From NCBI RefSeq assembly GCF_018350175.1, contig NC_058373.1, forward strand, positions 105,898,001 to 105,962,000: DNA of 64,000 nucleotides, in the 5' to 3' direction. The notes beneath the pieces are model-generated. The model worked only from the letters and a program-made list of their open reading frames with translations, had not been told where the DNA came from and ran no database searches. A program made the translations under genes and the position numbers. Source of the stretch: Felis catus. Its lineage: Eukaryota. Below are positions 49,925-63,309 of the stretch, piece by piece (the first letter of the stretch is position 1; each line of letters opens with the position of its first letter).

Positions 49925-50604
49925 CGGGTGATCTCAGTTCTTGAGTTCGAGCCCTACATCGGACTCTCTGCTCTCAGCACAGAGCTTGCTTTGGATCCTT
50001 TGTCCCTCTGTCTCTCTCTCTGCCCCTCCCCTGCATGTGCATGCGTGCTCTCTCTCTCCCTCTCTCTCTCTCAAAAATAAATATTAGGGGCACCTGGGTG
50101 GCTCAGTCTAAGTGTCTGACTCTTAACAGACGCAGGTCATGATCTCACAGTTTGTGAGTTCAAGCCCTGCATCGGGCTCTGCACTGACGGTGTGGAGCCT
50201 GTTTGAGATTCTCTGTCTCCCTCTCTTACTGCCCCCTCCCCAGCTTGTGCACGCTCGCTCACTCTCTGTGTGCCTAAACAAGTAAATAAACACTAAAAAT
50301 TAAAAAAAAAAATTAATGTTTATTTTTGAGAGAGAGAGAACGTGTGCATGAGTAGGGGAGGGGCAGAGAGAGAGGGAGACACAGAATCCGAAGCAAGCTC
50401 CAGGCTCCGAGCTGTCAGCACAGAGCCTGACGTGGGGCTTGAACTCACAGAGCCTGACGTGGGGCTTGAACAGTGACCCCACTGTTCCGGGGCTTGAACC
50501 TTGAGATCATGACCTGAGCCAAAGTCATCTGCTTAACCGACTGAGCCACCCAGGTGCCCCAACCATAAAAAAAAAAAAAAAAAAAAGTAAATAGACATAA
50601 AAAA
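49925..50604. mobile_element. Nested cluster of three CAN-SINEs (+ ~49925-50085, + 50087-50300, - 50300-50560)
   Basis: Outer near-TSD AAGAAATC(G/T)GTAAG at ~49909 and ~50606. Confidence 0.88.
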
Positions 50605-51404
50605 GAAGAAATCTGTAAGGAGGGGAGTTTCTGTATGTGGCTTGAGAGTAACATCTGGTGGATGGGTCAGGCTCGGGTGGAAGATACTTCCTGTGAGGTC
50701 ACATTCACTGGCTTCTTCAGTAGGTTGTGTTTAGAGTGGCTGATAGAGATTGGAAGTGAAGGATGGATCTGAATTGCCTCCCGTCCCTCTGATTCCTCCA
50801 AGCCACCACTTAGTAAGTACCACCACTGAGAGCGGGACGGATGCAAATGAGATGCAAGTTGATTTTGGTGACCTACATTCTACTCTAGCAGACTATTTTT
50901 GCAGGGAAAAGAAAAAAAAAAAAAAAGAGTTTACCTTTTTATTGTCTGGCATCCTTTCCACTGTTCCGGGAGGAGAGAACTGAGCGTTTCAGAATGAGTT
51001 TGCGTTCATAGTACACACATCCAAAAATTAGTTAAAACGCTGAATCCAGGAGCACTGCAGCAAGTATACGGAGGCCTCCCCCCTTCTCCGCGGTTCATCT
51101 GAGGTCGCCAAATACATATGCAGCTTTGGTGAGCATTATTTTCCTTGTTGATGTTTCAGCACTCCTGGTTTTTACACCATCTGTGACTTTGTCCAGTAAT
51201 GGCTCCACTCATTTGGAATGTGTGCTCCTCTGAGTTTCTAAATTCTCCTTGTGCTCTCAGATCCATCTTGAGCGCCACAGATGCCAGGAAGCCTTCCCTG
51301 CCTCAGCTCTTACCATCCCCCTCTGTCCTTCCTCCTCAGAGCCCTTAGCCTGACCACAGAACTTAACATAGCTGACACGATGCTGACAGTCAAGGTATGT
51401 GAGG

Positions 51405-51620
51405 TGCTTACCTTGAACCAGGACCTTCCTAATACTTTACATGGGCTTAACCATTGACTCCTCTCACCAATTGTATGAGAAGGTACCATCATCACCATTT
51501 TACAGAGGAAGAAACTGAGGCATGAAGAAGTTAAGGAACTTGTCTAGCTCAGGTCCCGCAACTGGTAAGGGGCAGACTAGGTTAGGGACCTAGGCAGCCT
51601 AGTTCTCTGCACCCCGACAC
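51405..51620 (-). mobile_element. MIR
   Basis: CCATTTTACAGAGGAAGAAACTGAGGC..AGTTAAG core. Confidence 0.85.
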
Positions 51621-51774
51621 TGTTGCCTTGCCTCTGGTTTTCCTGTGTGTTCTTTTCTCTCCATCGAGTTAGGGGGAATCATAACTTCCTTTGTATCTCT
51701 TACTTCTGAAACAGTGCTGGGTCAGTAAGTGCTGGGTTCATTGAGAGTAAAAATGCTTCTGCATTTAATGGTTT

Positions 51775-52008
51775 CTTTTTTAAAAAAATTTTTTTAAGTT
51801 TATTTATTTATTTTGAGGGAGAGAGTGAGCACAAGGCGGGACAGGGCAGGGGGGTGGTGGTCAGAGAGAAGGAGAGACAGAATCCCAAGCAGGCTCTGCA
51901 CCATCAATGCAGAGCCCAATATGGGGCTTGAACTCATAACTGTGAGAACATGACCAGAGCTGAGATCAAGAGTTGGGTGCTTAACCACCAGAGCCACCCA
52001 GGTGCCCC
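51775..52008 (-). mobile_element. Older CAN-SINE
   Basis: Reverse head CCCAGGTGCCCC. Confidence 0.9.
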
Positions 52009-53324
52009 TTCATTGAATAGTTTCTTAAAGTCTGACTTTCTGGAGCAGAAAGTGTTGCAGAGGATTAAAAATGTTGCATCTGTGTATTTGAATGACAAAA
52101 CTGTTGAACTCCCTCCTTTTTGCTGTGTGGGTGGTAGGCAAATTATTTGAAAAAAGAAATGCTCTTATATGCCATCTCTAAATCTATTTGGAGCCTGTCC
52201 AGCATTAGACTGTATTTGTTAACTGAGATAACTTTCCAATAGGTTGAATCTCTTATCTAAAAAAAAAAAAAACCTTCTCACCCAGAACAGAGATCCAGAA
52301 GCTGACTCCCATAACTTCTTAGCTTTCTTCCTCCTTGTTGTCTTTTAACATAAATTGTAAAAGCTCTTTTGAAAAGAAAATAATGAAAACTTGAGTAGTA
52401 GTCAGACACGTAATCTAATGTCGGTTTATCCTTAGATATTAAAATAAGCTTTTTTATTTCTCACCTCAGAAGAGAGACTTTTATTTACTTTTACAGTGGA
52501 GCAAATTTGGTGCCGAATACACGATTGCAGTTCTTTTAAACCTTAGCCCCTATTGCGAATTAAATGTGGAAACCCAGGGAAGCAGGTTCAATTTTTAATG
52601 CAGTTGGTACGATTTCCTCACTTACAATAGATCTTTGCCTTTTGGCTTAAAACTGGATATTTTGCCCGTTTGACAATATTTGATGAAGACAATTGAGTAA
52701 AACTCAAAACTGTGTCATTTAGGGAAATAATAGAAAAGTTATGCCCTAACAGTATATTGCCAGGAAAAGGAAATGAAAACAAGAGGCTTATTAGCTGATA
52801 AGTTGTTCAAACATAATATTCATTCATTCAACAGACATTGATTTCAGAAGCTTTTTTTTTTTTTTTTTCATTCATCTTCTTACACTTCCTAAGTATGTTG
52901 GTCACCGTTAGTAATAACCTGAGTTCATTCTGTTCTATAAATTGCACCAGGATTGGAATTGAAGGTACCTTTTATTCTGCCAGGTACATAATTAGGGTCA
53001 ACTATTAAACTGGTCTTTGTCCTTTTCATTTCCGAAAGAAAAAAAAAATCTGTGCAGTTGGCAAATATTGCCCATCTGATGGGCTTTCTGAATTTAGGCT
53101 TCCAAGAGTAGATAGCCCAGATCTGAGCTTTGGGCATTGTCTGGGCAATAAGAGATGCCCATCTTTTGTTTTTTGAAATGGGTTCTATATTCTGGCTTTT
53201 TGGCTATGCTCAGTTTGTTAGTGACCTACAAACCAGGTCAAGGCCATGGGTTAGTTTTGTCTTGTTTTGGAGCCACAAACTGTACCTATAATCTTAGCTT
53301 TAAAAAAAAAATTTTTATATTTAC

Positions 53325-53442
53325 TGTTTTTTTTTGTTTTTTGTTTTTTTTTTTTAAGTAGGCTCCATGCCCAATGTGGGGCTTGAACTCACAAACCTGA
53401 GATTGAGTCACATGCTTTACCAACTGAGCCAGCCAGGGCCCC
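53325..53442 (-). mobile_element. Short CAN-SINE
   Basis: AAGTAGGCTCCATGCCCAATGTGGGGCTTGAACTC. Confidence 0.8.
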
Positions 53443-55753
53443 TCCCTCCTGCCCGGTTTTAATTCATCATGCTCCTTCTTGGCAACAGAGGAGACTAGAT
53501 AGTATACTGTGGATATATTAATGCATAGCCATCACTTCAAGGGGCAAAAGATGGGGGTCTTAGTTTTTTTAGACCCCATAAGTTAGAGGTAAAGCTTTGC
53601 CAACAATTTGCCAAGGAATTGTATGCTTCTGACAGGTGTCCTTCTATGAGGAGTGGGTCAGAACTAAGAGCAGCTTCCTGAATAAAACTTTGCCAAAGCC
53701 CCGTAGCCTTGGTCTTTTCTGTTTCTTGGGGATGTGACCCAAGTCATTAGTAGATGTTTTTGTGCCATTTCTTGGCTTCACTCTTCTTCCCTAAAACCCC
53801 TGCAGATTTGCATCCTAGGAGAAGAGTGAGGGATAGTGGTCAGCATCATTCACCAGGTTAGATTGTTTATATGTATCTAAATGTATTTGTTTCATAGAGA
53901 TCTGCAAAACCAAGCAGTGAAATGATTAGACATGAGTTAGTTAATTAGAGCCTGTAGTTCTGCAACAAGAGGATTACACTAAGGGCTCTTCTAAATATTG
54001 AGAATTTATTACAAAAAAATATTGTAAAAAGTTCAAGGAAATGATGTAGACAGTTTAAACCATTTGAAGGTCCCTTTTGCATTCTCTCCTCTCGAAAGTT
54101 GGTGAAATTGTGGATACAGAAAATGTCATACAGTTTCGCCCTTAGCATTTCTTTTTTTTAATGCAGCTACCATATCAGTGGCTATTTGACTTAGGATGAT
54201 GACGGCAGAAGAAACAACAATAACATTTGGCTTCTTTCCCATTCTGTTTGTATGCAATCTTGTTTGCATTAGCAGTCCTCAACCCTGCTACTTGCACTCA
54301 GTGGTAATTTGAAGAAGTCTGAGACAGTGTGGAATGAATTGGGCTGGAATTGAAGGCGATGGCCGAGACTGCATCATGTTCTCAGAACGTTCAATGAAAG
54401 GCCTGTTATTATATTTTCATATTTTAAACATTAAGAATAGGGATTGGATTGGACTAGAAAACCTCTATGACCCATTTAGGGCTTAACAGTCTGTGTGTAG
54501 GTGACATTTCCAACTATAGAAGTTCCAAGAACTGTGGCAAGAAACTGCCGTGCCTCTGACATTTTCTGCTAAGGGACTGGTTTGAAATTTAAAAAAATAA
54601 AATACTATTTTTAGTTTGACCCAGTTTCTTTTCAGGCTGTGACTGAAGCCACCTTTCTTCCTCACTCCACCTTTGCCTACTACACTCCTTGGATTGTAAT
54701 TTGAGTCTGGAAGAGCAGTGAATTGCCTCCTTGTCAGTCCTGTGCTCATAGCCTCCTTGTGGGAAAAGGACAAGGGTGTCTTCCATGGGCCAGGTTTCAT
54801 GTGAGGGGAGCCACAATCACTGACCTCACTCACCAAGGAGCGCGTCTTACCCCTAACCCCCTAATTGAGAAAAGGGAGCTGTGTGGTAGCAGAGGGTGGG
54901 GGCTGCTTACATTTGAATCCTCCCGAGCTCACATTGTTTTTCTGATGGAATATGTTGGGGGAAGTAGGTGGAGGGGAGGACAGAGGGAGTTATTGGGTCT
55001 CACTTATCTTATCATTTGTTTCCCTCTGGATCGCGTTTGTTTATACTGTCTCCTCGGGCCAGGAATTCCTCCAGCAGAAAGCATGCATACACGTGGGGAT
55101 ATTCAGATCTGATCCGAGCTTCCTTCTTCTTGTGTTCCATTTGCTGACTTGGCTTTCCTCTCTACAGCCTGATCTGAAAGGAGGGCTGGAGATATTTAAC
55201 CTGTTTTCAATTCTTCTGTTATGTGGAAACGAGATCTTAAAACGGTGACTTGGGGCAAACATGTTAATGTGTTTTTGATGAGAAAAGAGGATGGTGATGA
55301 GTAGGCTTAAATCTAACATTTATGTAGAACTTACTTATGTTGGTAGAGAGTTTAGTCATGAGTGTTTGACACCTTGAAATGAAATCTCATCACCATTTGG
55401 TTGCTGTGTTGCAATTACACAGAGAAAAAAGACACACCAATTAATTTCAGGTTCAGATGTGGGTAGTCTTTGCAATTCATTTGAAATTCCCGGGCCTCAG
55501 TTTCCTCATCATGAACTGTTGTGAAAATTCTAAAATTTTGTGTGAATGGTGTCATCGTTAAATAATGACCTTACTTGTATGGCATTGTGTAATATTGATG
55601 ATTGTAATAGCCAGTGGATTTCCCTAGAATAGAGATCAGTGAGGGGGAGGGACCTCCATTTTCTCACCTTCAGAGTTTCCAATATTGGCCCCTGCTCTTA
55701 GCACTAAGAGACTCTGAAACTAAACCCTTAAAATCTGATCCCTCTTCTGTTCT

Positions 55754-55964
55754 TTTTTTTTTTTTTTCTTATGTTCATTCATTTTTGAGAGACCGAGCAA
55801 GAACATGGGAGGGGCAGAGAGAGAGGGAGACACAGAATCTGAAGCAGGCTCCAGGCTCTGAGTTGTCAGCACAGAGCTCAACGTGGGGCTTGATCTCACG
55901 AACTGTGAGATCATGACCTGAGCCCAAGTCAGATGCTCAACCAACTGAGCCACCCAGGAGCCCC
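55754..55964 (-). mobile_element. CAN-SINE
   Basis: Near-TSD CTGATCCCT..TCTGTTCTT. Confidence 0.9.
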
Positions 55965-56111
55965 TGATCCCTAGTCTGTTCTTAACTGAACAGCTTCTCG
56001 TCCTGTTCCCCAGCTTGGGGGCTCAGGAAGTTCCATAGGGTATAAGGGACAAGGCTAGACAATGTCTTTGGGTGATCATCCAGTTCTGTTTAAATTGATG
56101 AACTCCTTAAA

Positions 56112-56450
56112 CCAGAGTTTGACTACCAGTGGTATACAGGATGGATGTAGCCAGCTGTCATGTTTTGTTTGACTAACCCAGTGTTATTTTAAAAAATTGA
56201 ATGATTTTAGTGAGTGTTTACGTTCTCATTTGGCACAGGCCTCACCACACCCTAGTGCCTCATACATAGCCACTTTGTTTAATGTGATATTTCTTTATCT
56301 CCTTGGACCTTGAAGGCATTTGAGTTTGTGATCCCTATTTAATTTAATTTATTTATTATTTTTGAGAGCCCCCTAAGTGGGTTTTGCGCCATCAGCAAAC
56401 CTGATGTGGGACCCGAACTAGTGAACCATGAGTTCATGACCTGAGCCCCC
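56112..56450. mobile_element. MER58B-like fragment followed by a deleted CAN-SINE remnant
   Basis: GGCATTTGAGTTTGTGATCCCT end; TTTATT..TTTTGAGAG SINE tail. Confidence 0.55.
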
Positions 56451-56517
56451 AGTTCGTATTGTAAGCTACTGGTAACAAGAGTCTCTTCAAACCAGTGGTC
56501 TGGTAAACGACTCAATC

Positions 56518-56735
56518 CAGGGTATCTGAACCTCAGTGCTATTGGCATTTTGGACAGGATAATTCTTTGTTGTGGGGGCAATACTGTGTACTGTAGGATG
56601 TTTAGCAGCATCCTTGGCCTCTACCCACTAGATGCCAGTAACAACCTTTCCTCCAGTTGTAACAACCAAAAATGTCTCCAGACATTGCCAAAGGTCCCTG
56701 GGAGGGCAAAATTGGCCTTGGTTGGGAACCAGTTG
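56518..56735. mobile_element. MER20-like hAT element
   Basis: GATAATTCTTTGTTGTGGGGG...CTCTACCCACTAGATGCCAGTA...AAAATGTCTCCAGACATTGCCAAA. Confidence 0.9.
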
Positions 56736-57511
56736 ACAGATTTTGGATGGCCTGAGAACTTTTAAGCATTGGACCAGGCTTAGATATTTAGGGATAAATT
56801 GGAATTCATCTGGGAAACTAAGCTACCCTGCTGTTTTTATTTATTTGGGCAGTTGGTGAGAGCAAAGTAAAGGTCAGTGGATTAGACCCTGTGGGGTCAT
56901 TTCTCCATTCTTCCGTGACCACTGCCTGGGAGGCCAGCCACATTTTAAGGACATATTCTTGGTCACAACAGGGGACTCTGTGAGACACTGATGCTGGGTC
57001 AGGGCAAGCCTACCAGAGCTAGTGGGTAAACAGCTTTGAAGCCCATGGCCTGTGTTGGTAGGTCAGTAATGTTATCTGTGGATAAGGAAGATGAGGCTTT
57101 GGGGAAAGAAAAGGTTTGCTCTGTCATTATTGTCAAAGGCCAGAATGCTTAGAAAAGGGGAGGGGGGGCTTCAACCTTTAAAAATGACAGCTTATCTCAC
57201 ATTAGCAGTGTGGGAAGAACTCTGAAAAAGATTAACAGAGTGATGGGGTTTTTTTTGTTTTTTTGTTTTTTTGTTTTTTTGTTTTTCCACCTCTCCCTCA
57301 ACCAAGAATGTCTTTAAAACTTGAGTCTAAAACTTGAGCTTTGGCAACACTCAAACTTGACTCTCAGAAAAGCATCGGTAAGAATTTCAGTGTACATGGG
57401 GGGAATGTTGTGAAGTTGTAATTAACCATCCCAAATTCAGTTCTTGAGCAACTAATGAGACGATAACGCTTAGGGAAGCACACAGTTTCAGTTAAAAGAG
57501 AAGCCAAAGTC

Positions 57512-57708
57512 CTTTCTCAGAGGGTTGGGTAGGACTTCCGAAGGCTGTCTGTTGGTTCTCCGCCCTGGATGTGAGTCAGAATATCCTCTGGTGGATATAA
57601 AAAGATGCCTCAGGATTCTGATTTAGTAAATGTCCGGGTTTGGACCCAGTCTCCAGGATTCTTGAAACTCCCCAGGTAATTCTGATATTTAGCCAGGACT
57701 GAAAATGT
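57512..57708. mobile_element. MER5-like fragments
   Basis: GATTCTGATTTAGTAAATG and CTCCCCAGGTAATTCTGAT motifs. Confidence 0.55.
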
Positions 57709-58779
57709 GTGGGAAGAGCAAAAGATCTGAAAAACTTGAGACCTTATCTTCTTTTCAAGATGATTCCCTAGGAGATTGAATTTGCACATTAACCGGTTGT
57801 TTCAAAGAAAAGGAAGCAGAAACCACCCTATTACAAATGGCCAACACCAGGGTGCCTTTGCCCGAAAGCGGGTGAAAGTAGTAGTCGGTGCTCTTACTAG
57901 CTTCTGTTCTAGAAAATCCAGATCCTAGAGAGGATCTAGATATTTCACAGCTAGATTTCACTCAGTGAGTTTCTCATCAGACTCTTTTGGCTTCATAAAC
58001 ATAGGGTAGATTTGTTTGTTGCAAGTTTCCTTCCTTAACCTATGTCATGTGCCACCACAGAGCCCAGACTACAAAGTTCCAGTGTTATAACTACCAAAGG
58101 TGGGAAATAGAATAAAATGCCTCCTTTTACTTGGATTCTACTTAGAATTTCAGATCCAGATTTCTTTCAAGCATAGCAGAGGCAAGGGAGTAACTGAGTT
58201 TCAGGGGGGAGATATTATACTGGCCATTTTATGGACTATGTCAAAAACCACGGAAGCAACACCTTAAAATATTCATTCATTCGTTCATTCATTCATTTGG
58301 CTTGTAAAATATGTTTTAATGTTGGGTGTGAACCCTTAAGAATGCTATTTTAAATTCCAGATTTTTTCCCTTGGAATACAAGAACTCTTGTTTTACTTAA
58401 ATAAAGCTCAGATCACCCTCTGTCTTCTGCTCCTGAAATAAACAAATTACATTGTGCAATAGGTGAAGAGTGTCTCCAATGAAAGATTTTTTTGCTTTCG
58501 CTGGCAAGTAGTTTCATGTTCTGTGTATTCGGATCATGTCCGGGTTTTCAAAGGAATGTTCATAGCATCAGTTATAGGAAGCAGTACTCTACAATCCCAA
58601 ATCCACAGTTTTTCCAGTATTTGTTATGCCTGTAGATCAAGTCTTCTGCCCCCCAGTTCTTTTCTTCCCCAAGTGCTGATTTTGGTGTTCTAGGTGACCA
58701 GTGTTTCCTGTGCTAGAGAAGAATTTGTTAGCATTACATGGTTTTAAAGGGAGAATGACTAATAAAAAGAAAGAATACA

Positions 58780-58920
58780 GTTTCTAAAAATTGTGGAAAT
58801 GGTTACACAGTTTGTAAACATACTAAAAACCACTATACTATACATTTTAAATGGATGAATTTTATGGCATATGATTTTTATATCTCAATAAAGCTGTTAA
58901 TTTTTTAAAAAGGCAAAAAA
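58780..58920 (+). mobile_element. L1MB-like 3' end
   Basis: ATACTAAAAACCACT...TATATCTCAATAAAGCTGTT. Confidence 0.75.
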
Positions 58921-59587
58921 ATCCTAAGTGCCACCTTAGAAACAGAATTTTAGTCCTTAGGGATAATATCTATGATGTATTTTCCCATTTCTTGTATCCA
59001 TGAACATCTCAAATTTTTCCCTCTAAATAAGTGGATATAAATGCTGACAAAGGATATTTGTGATAATTCCTTAATATTTATGGACCATCCAAGACATTGG
59101 AAACTTTGTTATAAAGAAATTGTTGTATGGATTCTGGCTCATATTTTTTTCACACCTCCTAATCATGAGCTAGGGCATTAAAGGGTAGAAAGCTTTGTAC
59201 TGTTTTATACTTACTGTGATGATAAGCTAAAGGTTTTGGTCATACATTTGGCTTAGTCACAATTTACTTTAAACTTGTTCCATATGATTATTTTGCAGGA
59301 TTTTTCTGCTATAGAAGTCTTCACACTGTAAAAAGCAGTCAAGTATGTAATCTTGCCTATAAAGCTAACTGTGTGTGTTGGAAAAGGAATATTTCATTTA
59401 TAAGGGATTATGTAGCTCAGCGTTTCTCAAATTTGGATTCATGATCCTTTGAGAAACACTGCATTAAAAGTTAAATTGCTGAATGTTTAGGTACTCACTT
59501 GGTGCCATGGGATCATAAACTCATGTGCAGAAGGTGGGCTCTGAGATCCTGTGATGTACTCTTTGGGTATAAGATGCTTATCCAGGC

Positions 59588-60348
59588 ATATTAGTTTTAT
59601 TGCTAGGTAACAAATTACCACAAATTTAGTGGTTTAAGACCCCACCAGGTCAAAAGTCTGGGCATGCTGTGGCTAGGTTCTCTGCTTAGGGTCTCAGCAG
59701 GCTAAGAGTCACGTGTCAGCTAAGGCTGCAGTTCTCATTTGGGGCTCAGGGATTCTTCCATGCTCTGTAGTTGTTGGCAGAATTTATTTCCTTGTGACTA
59801 TAGGACGGAGGACTGCTAGTTGTTGGCCAGGGACTGCTTTTAGCTCCTAGAGGCCACCCACATTCCATGTCATGTGCCCACATTGGCAGCTCACACATAG
59901 ATGTTTCCTTTCTTCCAGGCTAGCTGGAGCACATCTCTCTGACTTCCTTTTCTGCCCTCTGTCAGAGAAAAGGCTAAGCTTAAGGTCTCACCTGATTAGG
60001 CCAGACCCACCCAGGATAATCTCCCTTTAACCATACAATGTAACATAACCATGAGAGTAACGTCTCACCATAATTCATAGGTTTCACTCAAAAGGTAATG
60101 GGGAGTGTCATTTAAAGTTCTGCCTATTGTGGCTCCTGGGTGGCTCAGTCAGTTAAGCGGCCAATTCTTGATTTCAGCTCAGGTCACGATCTCACTGTGA
60201 GTACGAGCTCCTCTTAGGGCTCTGCACTGACAGTGCTGGAGCCTGCTTGGGATTCTCTCTCTCTGCCTCTCCTCTGCTCGTGCTCTCTTGCTCTCTCTCA
60301 AAATAAATAAAACAACAAAAAAAAGTTAAAGCTCTGCCTGTCATAACA
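59588..60348. mobile_element. MaLR (MLT1) LTR with a CAN-SINE (60131-60325, +) near its end
   Basis: TAACAAATTACCACAAATTTAGTGG; GACCCACCCAGGATAATCTCCC; SINE near-TSD TTAAAG(T/C)TCTGCCT. Confidence 0.8.
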
Positions 60349-60549
60349 GATAACAGAAATTATGCCAATTTACTGTTGATGATTAAGGTGAAAATCCAAA
60401 AACCCAGAAAATAAAGACACGTCACAAATGTGCTTCTGGACTCCCTTTCCCCTTTGTCTTCCTAAACTATCTCCTCCTCAGATGTATTGCTTTCCTTTCC
60501 TACTTTTCTTGTTTCAAATTGAGTGGAAAATGAAGATTAAAAAAAAAAA

Positions 60550-61090
60550 GTTTTATTATTGAAAGTTTCCTACACACACATACCCGTGTAGAATGACTAA
60601 TATTGCTATTAGGATAATTTTACATATACTCACAGCTTCATCAATTATCAATTCATGGTGAGTTTTTCATTTTGACCCCCAACTACTTTATGTCAACTCT
60701 GGGTTTATTTTAAAGCAAATTCCAGACATCTTATAATTTCATTTGTAAATATTTTTAGTACTTCTGTCCAAAAATACCAGGACTCTCTTTAAAAATGTAA
60801 CTAAAATACTATTATCATACCTAAAATAACTTCTGTTATTTCTTTGAAGTTACCAAACATCTCATCAGTTTTAAAATTTACACTTTTTAAAAGTTTGTTA
60901 ACTCGAGATTCCAATAAGTTTCATACATTGCAGTTTTTAAAATACATATATTCATTAAGCCTCTATGCATCCTGCGCAGCATTTTTCTTGGCAACATGTG
61001 AAAAAAACTGTTGTTTGTCCTATAGAATTTCCCACAGTGTAGACCTCACAGTACAACATCTCTCTGTTTCCTCCATTTCATGTATATTAG
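60550..61090 (-). mobile_element. Old L1MC/ME 3'UTR fragment
   Basis: TATTTTAAAGCAAATTCCAGACATC motif. Confidence 0.55.
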
Positions 61091-61771
61091 TTAAGATGAA
61101 AAGAAGCAATGGACCTATCTGATCATTAGCGGTAGAAAAGCTTATTTGGTAAAAGGAATGTATAGTAACTTACTCGATTCATGTTTGTATAATTAGAAAA
61201 ATATTTGGGAGTAGAGCAAGTATGTTAGGTTTTTCAGACTCCTATTACTGAGAGCAGGCTAAGTGTTATATACTTATAGCGCATGAATTAGTGCCATTTA
61301 AATTCTTATAGGAAATATACAGCATATAGATTCATTAAGTGATACCTAGATTTGTTTAAATTTTGGCCTAAGTGTTTTTGTTAAATTGGGTTTTAGCTTC
61401 CATAAAAGGAGAAAAATTCTTAAGGAGAAAGGTATTTCATTTATGAGTTCTGGAAAATCACCAGATTTTAAAAATTGTGACGATCATGAAACAACTGCTT
61501 TTTAATCATAGGGCATTGCTAGTTATTTCTTAAATGTAGGCTCTCCAAAGACATGTCCTTTATCCTCAGAGAACATGATATATATTTAAAATTCTTAACC
61601 TTGAAATATTCTATTTTAAAAAATGCAACGCTTAATATTATTTTAGGAGAACAATTTCATTTGTCACTGAAAGAAAGAAGAGGTTATCTAATTTAAATTT
61701 TGTTTTGGAGGAAAAAATAGCTTTGGGTTGAGGTAAGTAACAGCTTACTTAGAGCATAATTACTTAGAAGA

Positions 61772-61912
61772 GGGGATACAGAACTTTTTCTATACAGGGA
61801 CAGATAGGAAATCTTTTTGGCTTTGTAGGCCATGTTGTTCCTGTCAACTATTAAATTCTGCCATTATTGTAGGAAAAATAACCATAGACAATATGTAAAC
61901 AATGGGTGTGGC
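61772..61912. mobile_element. MER58A-like fragment
   Basis: GGCTTTGTAGGCCAT...TCTGCCATTATTGT...AATGGGTGTGGC. Confidence 0.65.
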
Positions 61913-61913
61913 A

Positions 61914-62640
61914 AGTTGGGGAGAACTGATGTCTTGACAATATTGAGTCATCTTGTCCATGAACATGGAATATCTCTCCATTTATTTCATTCTTCCTTGA
62001 TTCATTCAGAGTTTTGTATTTTCTTCATATAGATCTTGTACACATTTTGTTAGACTTATACGTAAGTATCTCATTTTGAGGGGTGCCTACTGTCAATGGT
62101 ATTGTTTTTAATGTCATTTTTTACTCTTCCATTGTTGGCATGTTGGAAAGCAATTGACTTATTATTAACCTTATATCCTGCAACCTGTTTTTTTTTTTGT
62201 AGTCTTTATCAAGTTGAGAAGGTTCCTTTGTATTCCTAGTTTATGGAGGGTTTTTATCATGAATGGGTGTTGGATTTTGTCAAATACTTTTCCTGCATCT
62301 ATGAATATGATCATGTGATTTGCTTACCTGGGACAAATCCCACTTGACTGTAGTATATAATTCACCTTGTACGTTGTTGGATTCAATTTGCTAATTTTTT
62401 TGAGGATTCTTACATCTGTGTTCATGAGAGGTACTGCCCTATTTTTTCTTGTAATATATTTTTCTGGTTATCAGCATAATGCTGGCTTCATAGGATGAGG
62501 TAGGAAATATTTCCTCTGCTTATAGTCTCTGAAAGAGATTGTAGAGAATTGGTATACTTTTTCCTTAAATGTTTGATAGAATTCGCCAGTGAACCTATCT
62601 GGGCCTGGTGCTTTCTGTTTTATAAGGTTATTAATTACCG
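61914..62640 (-). mobile_element. Old L1 ORF2 fragment with internal deletions
   Basis: TTGACAATATTGAGTCATCT..CCATGAACATGG; GAATGGGTGTTGGATTTTGTCAAA; CCAGTGAACCTATCTGGGCCTGG. Confidence 0.85.
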
Positions 62641-62826
62641 AGTTCTCTGTTTTTATTAAGGCCTGTATGCAGAAACTGATCTGATAGTCTATGCTAAAGA
62701 ATAATTTTCAAAGAGTTAAAAAAATAAGATTCTCAAAATTATAAAATAAACACATCAACATCTTTGTTTATTAGAAGGAACCGGAAGGATGTTAGGACCA
62801 GTTCAGAAGATAATTAAAAAAAAAAA

Positions 62827-63028
62827 TTAATGTTTATTTATTTTTGAGAGAGAGACAGAATGCGAGTGGGTTGGGGCAGAGAGAGAGGGAGACACAGAAT
62901 CCGAAGCAGGCTCCAGGCTCTGATCTGTCAGCACAGAGCCCGATGCAGGGCCGGAACTCAAGAGCTGCGAGATCATGACGAGCTGAAGTCGGACGCTCAA
63001 CCGACTGAGCCACCTCAAAAGGCACCCC
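62827..63028 (-). mobile_element. Felid CAN-SINE
   Basis: Near-TSD AAGATAATT.AAAA. Confidence 0.9.
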
Positions 63029-63309
63029 TCAAAAGATAATTTAAAATACAGATATATCTCTGTCTATCCATTGATCCATCCACCTGTCCATAATCAGAAA
63101 TGCTGAAATAAATTTGTAGTAGATACAAAACTAGTTAATATCCTAAAGGACTATAAAAATTCATGTTTTCTTTTCTGCATGTATGTAAATCAGTTGTATC
63201 TCTGCCAGGCAAAACCTCTTTGCTGTGTTATAGATAAGGGCCATTACATTGTTGTATGTTTTTTTAGGAGTTAATTCCTCCTCCCACAAAGCTGTGAAAT
63301 AGTCTGGCC

